Shown: positions 11,465 to 25,319 of the stretch, piece by piece
How positions within the stretch are numbered: position 1 is the first letter of the stretch
How the letters are laid out: each line of letters starts with the position of its first letter
Assembly: GCA_028534125.1 (NCBI GenBank)
Contig: CM052816.1
Span: 80,602,001 to 80,666,000 of the forward strand
DNA length: 64,000 nt
Direction: 5' to 3'
From: Lama glama
Lineage: Eukaryota
Notes under the pieces: generated by a model
Databases searched by the model: none
What the model saw: the letters and a program-made list of their open reading frames with translations, nothing else
What the model was told of the DNA's origin: nothing
Position numbers and translations under genes: made by a program

Positions 11465-14400
11465 GTAATTTATCAGGCTCAGCGGGGATAGGGGTGGAGG
11501 GGTGCGGGAGGAACTTGCACAAGCATTTGCTAAAATAGATTTTCCTCCTCCCTTCCTGCTCTCCAACCTTCCTGCCTCCCTTCTGCCCTTTTCTTTGATA
11601 AAATGGTGGATGAGTAAATCACAGGCATTACACAATCACAGGCCTACTTCATGTTACACAATAGCCTTAGAACCAGCACGGAGTTGTTATTAACCCACGT
11701 GTTTTTATCTGCCTGTCCACCCTTACCAGATAAACTGAGGGGAAGAAAAAAGTTAAATTTGGTGTGATTAATTGCTTGTCCAGCATGCAACACTATTTCT
11801 AAATTGCTTAAATTTAGCTTTATAATTAATAATTCTACGTTATCGCATGTGTAATTAAATCATGGTTCAGCAGCTGCTCACAAGGCAAGGATAACACTGA
11901 GTCTGCCAGACTCAAAATGAAAAGAAAGCTGAAACATCAAGAAAAATTTTGGTCTTTAAAAGTCTGTTTCCTGTATGAATCTCTTTGATGTGCGATTTTG
12001 TTGTCTCTGCTAATGGGGCTGCCGTTACTTCCATTAGCGTGCTGTCTGCATGGTCCCTTGGGGAAGGCTTTAGCCGGTTTTAGGATTAGTCAGCCATGGT
12101 CCTCCTGGGCACCTATCAGGCCCAACCTGCCCGTCACCTTGGATGGGGCTAAGCCAGCCCCGGGGGGGATGCAGGGAGACTGGCGTCCCCTCTAGATGTT
12201 CGCTCCCTCAACTAGTGGAGAGGTCATGTCCCCAGACAGGCAGGACCTTGAGGTGTCTCACTGGATGTCTGTCTCTGGTTCTTCTAGCCGGCCCTCCCTG
12301 GCAGACAGGCACTCGGAACATCGTTTATCTGTGTTAGGCCCCTTTTCCCAAAGAAAGGCTCTGATCTTTGGCAAGAGAGAGAAAGTAGTGCTATTCCCTG
12401 AAAAAATTACCTTGCGTTTCTTGGCTGCCTGCCCAATCCATTTTTCTGTTTTCATACCATTTTTCTTTCAAGAATGAATGCTGGTTCTTTTTTCTTTCTC
12501 TTCCAACTCATAACAAACTCAAGATCCAAGGACTAAACACTTGGCTACAAACTCTCTCCCACATCCAGAAGAATCTCAAAAAACATTTGTATCCCTGACC
12601 TTGCCAAATGTTGACCAAGTCCTAAAGTTCCACTTCCCCATCCTGGGGATTCATTCTTTCCTTGGAAATTTCATGACTCATAAAAAGGACAGATGTGTGA
12701 ACTAGCTAACACTTTAAAAAAAAAATCGATGCCAGAGGAAAATTCCAGGAATTCCAGCTGGTGTAAAACCCTGAATGGGAGATACGGAAGCTCTTCTCTG
12801 GGGTCAGACCTCCCAAAGAAAGCCCTGCCCGGCCAGGACATCCCTTCCCCTCCCATCTCTGGGTCTCCTCTCTATGGTGGCTGGGAAGCTTGCAGATAGA
12901 TTTATTAACCCCTGTAGCACTCCTGGTCGTCGTGTAAAAGCTGTCTCTGATACATTAACAAATTCTGCCAGAACGTGGTCATCATCACATCTAAACTCGA
13001 ATCCTCAAAATGACTCCGTTCCTATCATAGGGAAAATATCTCCTCTCTCAGGATAGCAGATAAACCTTATATCAAAGACACTATAACTCCTGAAAGTCAA
13101 TTGCCCTGACTTTTGTTTTTTCCTATCACTAGGGACACTTCATATATGATTTCTCTTTTTTCCTAGGGATGTTGATTTAAATGTATCTTAAATTTTGGTG
13201 ATTAAGTGGACCCTTTTTTTTTTTTGACCACCACATTATTAACCAGTTCACATGGATGTCTGAGGCCCAAAGCACGCACTAGGGAAGATTTGAAGGCCTT
13301 CATTGTTTCATTGTTCTCTCGGGACTTTTAAACTGACGCAGAGGCAAACTCCAAATCCTAGAGTAGGAAAATAGACCCCTAGTTTTGCCTTTAAATATCC
13401 AGAGAGTTTAGATTCTGCCCACTTGATAGTTTGACTTTTCACAAACACTTTCTCAGGGAAGAATTCTAATTTCATCTTGAATCTTTCTGCATTATCCCAC
13501 CGATCTCTACTCCAGATCAGGAGACACCTTAACTCTTGTGGGACTAAGGGTGTGCTGCAGCCTCACCTGAACCCACAGGTTTATCACACCTGAGGCCCCC
13601 TGGGTTACTCACCCGCTCTTCCCCCGAGCTGTGGGCACGGTCTGAATTGCAGCTGCATGCTAGCTTCTGTCTTCAGCACCACTTGATGGAGCCCTGATAC
13701 AGCTGCTGTGGACTTTTTCTCATATGTGCGACAGTACAGTGGGCCTGTCCACTCAGTGCTCCACCTTTACAAATTCTAGAAGTGGCTTTTTTGAAATGGT
13801 TGACTTCCTCTTCAGGCATTCATCCGTCTGAAACAGATTCAAGGTTATAGCCCTCAGCTTTGTCCCCGAGGCACACTTGAGAAATTGTAGTTTTACAGAA
13901 TTGAATCCAGGAAGCAGCACTGGGCCTGGGATCAGACACATCTGGGTTGGCAGTCCCTCTCTGTCACCAACCACCGTAGGATACTGGTCCTTTCTTCCAG
14001 CCACTTGGGAGCTTTAGTTTTCTCACCTCCGAGAAATGAACTGCATCATACTCCCTCTACTAACCTCGTAAAGTTGTACAGATCCAAAGAATGTGAACAG
14101 TGAAGACTGTTCAGTTGAAGCCTTGGGAAACTTTGAGCTCTGGGTAAAGGTTTGGGCTTGTTCTTAGGCTTTTACTAACATCTGGCTTTTCCTGGGCTTG
14201 GGGCAGGAGGCCTGTGGAGAGGAGGCAGTGAAGTAAGTCCTGTCAGTCCAGCAGGTCTCCACTCCTCGTACTAAGCAGAGTGCTCCAAGTGTCCATGAAC
14301 TTTGGAGGACTTGATCTACCTTGGGCCCTAGCACTCACCAAATACCACTATGTGCACAACACCGCATAAGAATTTTAGGTAAACAATTTTATTTTCCTTC

Positions 14401-15469
14401 AATAAAAGACCTTTATAATTCCTACTGAGGAAATGAAGGCTTAGAGGATCTAAATCACTAACATGTGATCAGTTAGTATGAATACTCTCAGTTCTAAGAA
14501 ACCATCAACTGGGGGATGGGTCATCAATTTAATTACAGCTTTTCAGAAAGAAAAAAAATGACACAATAAATATGTACATAAGTTGTAAGACACATGCCAA
14601 TTTCAGAATGTTAAAATTTGCATAAGAGCAAAAGTGATTCTTGTGCTGGAAGACATGCAGTAAGTGACAAGATGAGCTTGGAAAACTTTCCATTGGGTTT
14701 GACACCAAAGCTGTGCATCCTCCACAGCCACCCCCCACCACCTCCCTGATTGAACATTTCACTTGTGCCTCCTGCAGTTTTGTAAACTGGTGATTTGACA
14801 GCCTCCTTATTTTTCTTAGAATGATAATGACTTTCCATAGTTAAGTCTGACAGCTCTTGGTGATCTCTGAAATGAATCAAAGATTTTCGCATTTTCTTGA
14901 AATGATCTGTCTTCCCACCTAGGCAATGTTGCAATTTTATTTTAGCAGTAGCTGACTGTATTACCTGTAGCTTTACTGGAAAATAAAAGTAAGTGGCCCC
15001 TTTTCTTATGGCCTTGAGTTTCATAATACTCAGTGCTACATTTTTTTTTTTTTAGATCTGAATTTTCACAAATGAATTAAATAGGGAAAGAGCCCCTGTC
15101 TTGCTAAATACAGTCCCCAACTTTCATACATAACATGTTCCCAGAAGCGTACATTGAAATCCAGTGTGCAAAAAGTCAAAACATAGAATTGAATGTTACA
15201 GGGGAGCTTCTGTGCTCAGAAAGCAAAAATTGACCAGCTGGAATGTGGGTAATACACTCAAAATCACTGCATTTGTTTTCTCTTGATATAATTTGTTGTA
15301 CATCTAAATTGTAACCCTCTCTTGACAACCCTGAGTGTTTTAGATTAAGGAATCCGTAAGAAGAGAAAAGAACAACAATTAAATGGAAACCTTTAGGGCC
15401 ACAGAAAGCATGACCTAAGACCACTCTAGTTGAGGACTGATGTCCAGACCATGAGGCCCTCCATCATGG

Positions 15470-15890
15470 CCCCTACCATCTCGCTTTGTCCAGCCCTACC
15501 CTCTGCTCTAGCATTCTGTTGGACATGTTCCCCAGCAAGACTGGTCGTTTCCTGGCACTGTGCCTGTATATGCCATCCTCTCCACTTTGAATGTCCCTCA
15601 TGCTGTTTGCCAGCCCAGTGAACTTGCACTCATCTTACATGATTTCAGCTCAAGCATTGGCTCCTCTATTCAAGCCTTCCCTGGCTTCTTTGGGTGAAAT
15701 CAACCACCTCCTTTGTGCCCTCGCTAGAACCTGAACAACTTATGACATATAATCTTTATGATTTCTACTCATTATGTGGCTTTTTTCCCAGCCAAATTGG
15801 GATACAGAAGCTGGAACATAGTTAAGTGCCCAATAACAGGAAGGAAGTGAAGAGGCGATTGGGTGATGGGGACAGATGAACAGATAGGTG
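15470..15890 (+). mobile_element. L2 LINE 3' remnant
   Basis: ctggaacatagttaagtgcccaataa...gatggggacagatgaa tail, and ctactcatc...tttcagctcaagcat...aagccttccctgg motifs. Confidence 0.5.
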
Positions 15891-17589
15891 AATTTCAGTG
15901 ATATTCGACATAGAATTTTGAGAATGAATTAATTTGATTTTAAGGATCTTATGAATCTGTTTAGCATAAATAAAGGAGAAGATAGATTCATTTCTGCATC
16001 CTGCTTTAGTCCTTGGAGAATAAGAAAGTATTCTGAAATCAAAGTAGAATACAAACCCAATGATCCCATACACTTACACCACTCTAGAATGCTGGGAGAG
16101 TTCAATCTCCCAGTTTATCCTCCTTTTAATTCTGATGGAGAAATGGAGGCGTAGAGAGGTGTAGTGACTAATCCGCGGTCACACAGCCACTTGGTGTCAG
16201 GGTCATACCTGAATGTAATCTCTAACCTCCCAATCCCATGTTCATTAATTTCACTACATTCATCTGAACACTTGGTAGGGGTCCAACTTGGAAAGTGTAT
16301 CAGGATGACTGAATAAATCAAAAAAACCAACACAAAGAAGAAATGGTTATAATTTCATTTTTCTCTGCTAGTAGCTCCTGTAAGCTAAGAGTATTTCTCA
16401 TTCTAACTCAATATGGTTTGCTGATTACATCAGTTAAACTGGTGTAGTCAGTGGAAGATGGTCAGGTTTGGTCACAACTGGGCATTAGCCAGTCTTTCTG
16501 TTCTCATTAGTTTGGTTCCTGTCCTCAGTCTGGTCCATGGACTCCAGGTTAGGAAAACATGAATACAAATGACCCTTCTTTAAGGCAATAAGAAAATGAA
16601 TGTAATAATTGGCATTCAGTACACAAAGGCAAAACAGTTCTCCAAGTGGAGTGACTTGATATCCCGCCACTTCCCTCTTGCTACCTGCATCAGAGGCCCT
16701 TCTGAAAATGGAGTGAAAAAGTCAGATTTAGTGAGTGTCTTCCCTTATTATTTACTTTCACATATTAATAAACGTCATTGCCCACTGAATGTGAATACAC
16801 TCCTTGACAAAAGGGTGATGCTAATTTGAAAATTTTAGGAACTAACAGATTGTAGCAACAAAGGAAAAATAAGAAAATAAAACTTCATTGTATGCTTCTG
16901 TCTTGTAAAATCCTATTCCTAATAAAGAGCCCTCCTGTTTTAACCATGGGTTATTTCCTGCGAATCTGTCAGACAAATGGCTGCTTTGTGTGGAAATTAT
17001 TAGCACGCTTCCTCATTTGTTCTATGGCAGATTTTAAATTGGCAGTTACTTTTTTCTCCATGTACTTAATAGCGTAGCAGATAAATGAAGTTTTGAATTT
17101 GATTTTGGGGGACTGTCTGGCAAGTGTTGCTCATTTCTGAGAAGTTAAACACACTTGATTTATGGAAGCATTAGAGCATCAATCTGCTTCCTTGTCACCT
17201 GGGCCCATATCTTGTATGTTCCAGCCCAAGGTCTGAAGTCAGGTGACTATGCAGTGTGCCAGGTGGCAGAGGAAGAGGAATCAGTATGTTGGGATGTACC
17301 TCTACTGAAAGGGTTTGAGGAATTTTCTTTGACCATTCGCAACCCTACAATTGTGACTATTCCACCGTAGCCAGAAAGAGAGTGTATTTAACCACATGGG
17401 GATGGAGGAAACAGATGAAAGCATACCTTACAGCAGTGGGCACACTTTGATGGTGGTGCATTTTCTCAGCCAGGACTGTAATGATAGATCATTGATGGAA
17501 GGATTGAGAGGGTGAAGAAAGATGCTCTTTATCCCCATGGCAACCACAGATCTCTTTAGCCCTCTGGGAGCCCCTGGTTGCCCTTTTCT

Positions 17590-17860
17590 CAGAATTCATA
17601 TATTCATTCAAAAAGCCTGTTGGGAGCATCTGTGCTTTGCCTGGCACCATGCTAGATGCTTGGGACACAATGGTGACAGTCTAATGGAAAGGATAGACAG
17701 AATGAATAAGAATTGTTTCACATTTCAAGTTCCCATTATGGAAACAGAAGGAGATGAGATAAATAACAAGAATAGGTATCCTTTGGATAAAGTATTCAAG
17801 GAAGGCCTCATGGAGGAGGTGACATTTAATCTAAGCCTAACGGAAGAGCAGTAGCAGGTA
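17590..17860 (-). mobile_element. L2 LINE 3' remnant
   Basis: attcatattcattcaaaaagcctgttgggagcatctgtgctttgcctggcaccatgctagatgcttgggacaca...ggaaggcctcatggaggaggtgacatttaatctaag. Confidence 0.65.
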
Positions 17861-19045
17861 ATGCAAAGGGTGGCGGCAAGAAGATTCAGGACATAAGGAC
17901 CACAGGACATATTGTCGATGCAGGTATAATGAGGGGAAGGGGCTTAGAAGCGCAGGGGTCAGCGTTCATGCCGCCTACCTTGGGTCCCCACTTGAGTGTG
18001 GGCAGTGACAAGATAGGCCAGGGCACGACTGGCCATGAGAAACTAGGATACAGAGGCCAGATGAGCTAAAGGGACACTGATGGCACTAGCATTCTACACA
18101 GACTGCAGACCAAGTCTTGGAAGCTATAGTTATGCTTAAATAAAGTCTTTCTAGGTGGGGGGTGGAGGAGGTTCCAAAATCCAAGAGGTCAGAGAATTAA
18201 CAAAAGTACTCCATAACAGACCACATCAGCTCTTGTTTTAGGTGACCTGTGTGCATCTGTGTTTATCATGATCTTAAGGAAATCAACAGCCTGCATGTGA
18301 GCCTGCCCTTTACTGAGAGCAGAATGCAGGGGCTGCTGCACAAGCGGGGGGCACTTGGGACGAGGGGCGGGAGGAGGCCTCTGTAAGGGCTTGCAGTGCG
18401 TTGCTGCTGAGAAAACCCTAGTGATGGAGGCAGTTGATGGCGGCTGTAGGAAGAAGGCTGATGGGCGATGTTGCTGTGGGGGGAACCATGTGGGTGAGGA
18501 CAAGGAAAGGGTTTGTCCGCTCCCAGAATCAAACCATTGAGAAGTTATTTAGTTTATTTTCCTAATAGAGGACCTTCCCTTGTAAAAGGATTACCTATCC
18601 TGCATTCAGAGTCAGGGAGAAAACAGGTTTTCTGAGGGTTCTGAGGGAGAATTGGATGTGGCGGAGCAGAGAGCTCCCCCATGGGCAGTTCTGTTTGCTG
18701 CAAACGAATACAGGCACCAGAGGGAATGGTGGCCCACCAAGCCAGACCCTATGCCAGCATCACCCCAACCCTCCCTCCCCCACCCCCCACCCCAGCGTCT
18801 GTAATCTTCACGACACCCCTGCAGGCATGGTTTTTATCCCAGGTTACAGGTGTGATAGCTGAGGCTCAGACCATTTCTGCAACTTGCTCAAGGGCTCATC
18901 ATCTTGGGGAGCTGCTTGAGTGACCCTCTCTTCATGACTAGAAGCCTGGAACTTCGTGATGCTTTGTGAAACCCCTGGGAATCAGGGCATCGATGGCCTG
19001 ATGCCAAGGACTCAGGTGTCCCCTTTTCTCTCACTCTCCTTACAG

Positions 19046-19222
19046 TGCTCCAGAAACTGCAGCGGGGGCTTCCAGATCCGGGAGATTCAGTGTGTGGACA
19101 GCCGGGACCACCGGAGCCTGAGGCCCTTTCACTGCCAGTTCCTGGCTGGCATTCCTCCTCCACTGAGCATGAGCTGTAATCCGGAGCCCTGCGGGGAGTG
19201 GCAGGTGGAGCCCTGGAGCCAG
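19046..19222 (+). CDS. ADAMTS12: ADAMTS12 exon 21, TSP1 repeat
   Basis: Acceptor ctctccttacag|TGC, donor CAG|gtaggg; 177 nt. [59 protein letters not shown] (inside track ORF 18956..19348). Confidence 0.97.
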
Positions 19223-19664
19223 GTAGGGCCCCTAGTACACCATCCCCACAACCAGGCCAACCTGCATCCCTGTGTCCGTGTGAGTCTGGAAGTCAGGGAG
19301 GACCCCTCGTGCATTCTGCCAGGGACTGGCCTCCGTTCAATGACCTGACACTCTGCTGGGGGTGCTGAACATGTCCAGCAACTTGAAGGCTGTGTCATGT
19401 GGTTTAAACTGTGATTGTTCAATGTTTTATCACAGCCTAGTCTCCCAATAAATATACTGGGGAATTGGGATCCCTGCTGGAGAAATGTACATGGACCACC
19501 ATGATGAGAGCCATTTAGGACTGAGGCTCACAGGCCTCTCCGGGGCTTCTGCAGTTAGGCTGTGGGTAATGGTCAGCTCATTTCCACACAAGGTATAATT
19601 TCATAGCTCCACTTCCCAGTTAAATGCCCAGATCCTTGTTTGCACAAATAAAAAGAGGAGTCTC

Positions 19665-19689
19665 TGTGTGTGTGTGTGTGTGTGTGTGT
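19665..19689 (+). repeat. (TG)n microsatellite
   Basis: About 12 TG units, seen directly. Confidence 0.9.
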
Positions 19690-20924
19690 CCTGTTTTGTG
19701 AAGGCGAAGGCTCTGCTGGGTCTTTGTCCTACTTTACTACATGAAAACAAGTTACTGTTCTTTGAAGTATAATGGTTTCATTTGCCAATAGGTGAGTGTC
19801 TCAATGGTGAAAAAAAAGTACCCCCAATTATATCCATGCATGGTAGAAAGAAGAGCATAAAAAAGAACCCAGCATATTTTGAGTGTGTCTGTGCACTGGA
19901 CATTTTACCTGCAATATTTGTTTTAACTTTTGCAACAGCCTAGATGGTAGGCCTTATTAATATCATTTTATAGGGAAGAGATGGAGACTCAGAGGTTAAA
20001 AAACTTACATGAGGTCACACGGTGAGAGAATAAATGGTGGAGTATCAATCCAAGCATAATGCCGACTCCAATGCCTGGCCTCCTGCTACTGTAGACTTCA
20101 GTCCAGTAGACGTGGCGCAAAGAGTGAGCTGAGGGGAAAGAGTCGGTCAATAGCTCTTTGGGGAGAACTTACCCTGTGTCAGGGAAGGGAAGGGGTGTAG
20201 AGTTTGTGTCCAACCCTGGAAGACTCAGGCCCCCAGCTACTTACTGTCTATTGGGTCAGGCAGCCATGCCGATTCCTGACGCCCTGGGCCAATACCTGGT
20301 GTTTCCTGGGGCAACCACTGCCCCCTGTTTCTCCTCCTTCCCCTGTCCGGCTCTGGAGGACATAAAGTGCCTGCTACTCCCATGTTCTAGACAGAGGCCT
20401 CCGAGGCCTCCAAGCTCTCCATGTTTGCTGAGCCTCGTGGCAGCTTCCAGAAGGCTGGAATCTGCAGAGGCGCTTAGATCGCCTTGTCAGAGAAATGGCA
20501 TTAGCAAGGAGCCCAAGATGAGCAATGATATCCACGCTCTGGTTATGAGAAGGATGTATTCTTTATGCTTCCTCAGCAGCCTCTGGGAGCCCCAGTCATG
20601 AGCCTGTTCCCTGAAGGCCTCCCACCACCCTCCTTTCTCCACTGCACTATTCTGAGCAAACCACAAAGTTAGAAGACTTCCCTCTGAGGGAGCAGTAAAG
20701 ATGGAAAATGCCAAGTCAGTTGAACATTCCCCTGGAAATGAAAATGTTGAGGGGCCATTTTGGGGGCTGAGCACCTTTAGGTGCTTTCCCAGAGCCATCA
20801 TGATGCTGCTCTGTCTACAGAGACTAATGGATGCCCTCATAGGAATGCTCTGGGCCCCTCAGTGAATGTCTGCCAGCCCAGACTACTTGCATGGAAGATG
20901 CATTTTCAGCTGTGGGAGCATCTC

Positions 20925-21124
20925 CACTAGTGTGCAAACTTTAGCAAACTCTGGCATGCTCTAGCATCACCTGGAGGGTTTGTCAACATACAGTTGTCTG
21001 GACCACACCCTCACAGTGTCCAATTCAGAGGTCTGGGGAAGGGCCCGAAAATTTTGCATTTCTAGCAGATATCAGGAAGATACTGAAGTTGCTGATCTGG
21101 GGACCACACTTTGAGAACCACTGG
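20925..21124. mobile_element. MER5A-like MITE
   Basis: agcatcacctggagggtttgtcaac...gttgctgatctggggaccacactttgagaaccactg. Confidence 0.75.
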
Positions 21125-22081
21125 CTTATACCATCTTTACCCTCCTTTCCTGGAGGTTACTCAGCCAGGGGGCCCTGGATCGATATGCACACATGTAGTT
21201 ATGCCATAGGCTCCCAAATGTGGGGTTCCTCCCCTTCTCTCCTCATATAGGGTTAAAAACAGTGAGTAAGTGGGAAAAAAATCCAGGTTGGCTCTCAAAG
21301 TTGGAATACTGTGAAAGCAATAGATTGGTCCTTTTATTGAGCAGAAAATGTTAATTTCATGTAATTTCCCTGTTTTCCGTGGTTACCACCACATACACAG
21401 TGCTGGATGGAATAGGCCTGATGTTGGCAATCATAATAATTGTTTTGTTGTTACCATATCATAATTAAGATTTTTCAAAGTACTTTTCAATGTACTCAAA
21501 AGTATTTTTCAAAAATTTTTAGTGAGTTATTTAATTTCCTTCTAGAAACCTCAGTAAAATGAGACAATATATATTAAAAAAATCATTCTAGTGAGCCAAA
21601 ACCTGACACATTTTAGAATTGTATTTCTTCAGAAATCCAACTTGTCATGTCGAATTTATTTTGTGAGCATTACAGCAGTGCATCAGACCCTTAGAAAACC
21701 TATCAATTTACTATTCTGAATAGGGATAAATTTAATACTAAAACTTTATGTAGTGGGGAAGAAGATTGAATCCCATTTTTCACAGGAGAGGAACAAAATT
21801 GTATTGCAAAGCCTTCAAGGCTGCCAGAGCTAGTCAGAATAAAAACATCTACGTTTTACATCTGGTTTCTAGACACTCATGCCAGAAGGCAAAAGTCAGA
21901 TAACAAAATGTCCCTTCTAGAATGACAACTCATTTAGGTTTTTAACCAAAATTCCTCCCGTTTGACATATTGAACTATTTAGCATCGTCTGATTTTTTGC
22001 CCTTTTCTTATCCTCAGAATTTCCTTTATCAGTCTCCCATTAATTCCTATTTCACCACTGTTTTTGTATCTCCTGTTGGTT

Positions 22082-22181
22082 TACACATACACACACACAT
22101 ACACATATATATTATATATAGGTATATACATATACACCTATATATATACATACACACACACACATACATACATATATATAT
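22082..22181 (+). repeat. Compound (CA)n/(TA)n microsatellite
   Basis: Alternating purine-pyrimidine tract seen directly. Confidence 0.9.
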
Positions 22182-22184
22182 GGT

Positions 22185-23690
22185 TATTTTAAATTAATGA
22201 TCTGTTAACTTCAAATTCATTCTAATAACCCTGAATTTTATATCCCCCCCATGTTTAATGTTTTTGACATCATATTTGCTGTCTTGTGTGTGTGTGTGTC
22301 CTGTAATCACTTATTGTGGATACAGAGGATTTTACTATTTTTGTCTTTTAACCTTCTTACTAGCTTAAAAGTGGTTGAACTTCTGTCTTCACTGGATGTT
22401 TGCCTTCAACAATGAGATTTTTTTCTTTTGTACATTTTTATATTTCTAGTTATGGTCTTTTATTTTCTACTTAGAGAAGTCCCTTTAACATTTCTTGTAA
22501 AGCTGGTTTAGTGTTGCGCTTGTCTGTGAAATTCGTTCTCTCTCCCGCAGATCTGAATGGAAGCCTTGCCAGGTGGTGTATTCTTGGCTGTAGGCCTTTC
22601 CTTTCATCACCTTGAATGTACCCTCTCACTCTGCTCTGGCCTGCAGAGTTTCTGCTGAATAGTCAGCTGGTAGCCTTACGGAGTTCCCTTGTGTATAACT
22701 AGTTGCATTTCCCTCGCTGATGTTAAGATGCTCCTTTTCTTTAATTTTTGTCATTTTAATTACAGTGTGTCTTAGTGTTCATCTTGTCTGGGACTGCCTG
22801 TGCTTCCAGGAATAAATGTTTGTTTCCTTTCCCAGGTTAGAGCAGTTTTCAACCATTATTTCTTTAAATAGATTCTCTCTCTCTCTTCTCCTTCTGGGAT
22901 CCCTATAATGCAAGTTTTGGTATGCTTGATATTGTCTCAGAGTTCTCTTTAACTATCCTCATTTCTTAAAATTCTTTTTTCTTTTCAGCTTGGGTGATTT
23001 CTACTACTCTACCATTCACTGTTGTATTCCTCAGTGTCACCTAATCTACTGTTGATTCTTTCTAAGGGATCCTATTTCAGTTATATATTCTTCACCTGTT
23101 TGGTTCTCCTTTATATTTTCTAACTCTTTGTTGAAATTCTCTCCTGAGCTTGTTAAGCATTTTTATGATCTGGACCTTGAACTTTCTAGCAGGTAGATCT
23201 TTGTCTTGTTCCTTCATTTGGAACATACTCCTCTGTCTCCTAATTTTGCCTAATTCCTTGTGTTTATTTTCATGGATTAGGAAGTTGGTTACATTTCCCA
23301 ATCTTGCCGAAGTGGCCTTATGCAGGAGATGTCCGGTGGGGCAGCAGCATGCTCCCCCGTGGTCACTGGAACTATACGCTCTAGGGGTTCCCCCTATGTG
23401 GGCTGCATGGCTTTTCTATTGTGATGGGACCGACTACTGTGGGAGCTCTGGTAGGTGGGGCTCTTCCTGGTCTGGTTGACTCCCAGGCCCTGCCCCATGT
23501 GGTGGCTGCTGGCATGCTGATGGGCACGGCCAGCTCACAGCATGGCTGGCTGCATGGCCTGGAGATCCCAGAGCTGTTGTTGGCCCACTAGTGGGCAGGA
23601 CCAGGTCCCAGTGTTGCTGGCTGTGTGCCCTGAGGGGTCCAGGTCTGGTGCTTGCCTGCTGGTGGGAGGGCTGAGTCCTGGGGCTTATTT
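22185..23690 (-). mobile_element. Degenerate L1 fragment (5' UTR plus ORF1), antisense to ADAMTS12
   Basis: Minus-strand ORF 23092..23301 (ELGKIRRQRSMFQMKEQDK...KFKVQIIKMLNKLRR) resembles the L1 ORF1p N-terminus. The flanks have the T-rich antisense L1 texture and a GC-rich repetitive 5' UTR at 23330-23690. Confidence 0.8.
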
Positions 23691-24555
23691 CACTGCTGTT
23701 GTTTGAAATGACTGAGTGGTCATTGAAAGGAACCTGGCACAGGTGGTATAGATTCCAACATAGATACTAATATTCTCAATAACAAGGTACACAACAAAAA
23801 TAGTAGTAAAAAATATAAAGAAAATTCTGTTGAGATTTTCTGTCTTTTCTTGAGTTCTTTGTTAAAAAATTGATAATAGCTGTTTTGACTATCTGAAGTC
23901 TTTATTTTCACATACTTTGGAGAAAAACATCTAAATACACATGGTTTTGAAGACACTAGGAACACATGTTATAGTGAACAGATGAAGCTGCCTAGATTTG
24001 GAGTTAAGGTATCTGGGCCTGCTTGTTGCTGCCAGCTTTGTGATGTACTGGGATAAGCCAGGTCTCATCCCAGGTAACCCTGAGCCAGTGAGCACCAAAC
24101 AGATTTTTTTTATCCCTACTTGAAGTAATTTATTCAGCTGTCATGGAAATCTCTACCCTAAGAAGAAATTATGTTTTATACTATATACATCTGTCTCTTT
24201 AGAACTTAACAATATGTCATAGTAAAAATAATTGCTTGTTCCAGATTTACCTGAAACATTCATTTTCTTACTTCTTAAAAAAAATAACTCTTTAAATAAT
24301 TAGCAGGAAAGGGGATAGAATACAAATGGAACTAGGGATAAACGTCAAGTATGTTTTTAAATAAAGTAGACATTTGTTCAGCATCTACTGAATACCCACA
24401 TCTGCCAGGTCAGTGTCAGGTGCTGAAGATACCAAGAAAAAAGACATGCCCCCTACCCATAGGGAGATCATATCTGGAAAAAAATAATTCTTCCCTTATC
24501 TCTGAAAATGATACCATGTGATTTTTAACCTGACCTTGTCCCTGTTGTGGACCAG

Positions 24556-24699
24556 TGTTCCAGGTCCTGTGGAGGTGGGGTTCAGGAGAGAGGAGTGACC
24601 TGTCCGGGAGGCCTCTGTGACTGGACGAAGAGGCCCACGTCTACCGCGCCCTGCAACGGGCACCCTTGCTGTCACTGGGCCACTGGGAACTGGGACCTG
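24556..24699 (+). CDS. ADAMTS12: ADAMTS12 exon 22, TSP1 repeat
   Basis: Acceptor gtggaccag|TGT, donor CTG|gtaaga; 144 nt. [48 protein letters not shown]. Confidence 0.96.
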
Positions 24700-25319
24700 G
24701 TAAGAGTCAGTTACAGTCTCTTTAATTTATTTTAGTCTTTTTAAAAAATAGCATTTGTTTTCATTTGATTTTAGAAGTCGTATTTAATCCCTGTAAAGGT
24801 TTAATGTATCCATTGATTTGAAGTGTGTCTCTACATATTTCAGTTTTATATTTTACTCTTCTGCCCTCTAATACCTCTAAGTGTGCTAAAAATTGACCCA
24901 TAGCTGACCTGGTGGTCAGTGTTAACAGTCCTGAGTTCGGAAGAGAAAAAGATCAAATCCTTCCAAAAGAGAAAAGATCAAATACCAAAAACTATCCCAG
25001 AGGCTCAAAGTCTAAGGAAAGGTGATTTTAAGCCCTCACATCTTGGATCCTCTGGCTTTTTCTAGAACAGATAGGAGTTGCCTATGCCCTGAAACTTGAG
25101 GCTTAGCACGATTTAGTGAGTTTCAGGTCTCTTGTCAACCTGCAGGTCAGTTTGCTGGATGGCCAACACATCCGATGGAAAGACAGACAAAATAATTCAA
25201 CAGTAAATGAGGGAAATATTAATAATTTTTACAAAGTGTATTTATTATAGAAATAAGACCATCAGTGACACTGAAACTAAAGAAATTCTCCTATAGGGAG
25301 GTTCTGCCATCACTCTGAC

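Noticed and set aside
24941..24983. Small direct repeats (also 39843-39880, 40057-40078, 58704-58724)
   Set aside because: Two-copy slippage duplications typical of mammalian DNA; no regular repeat-spacer array, so not CRISPR-like.
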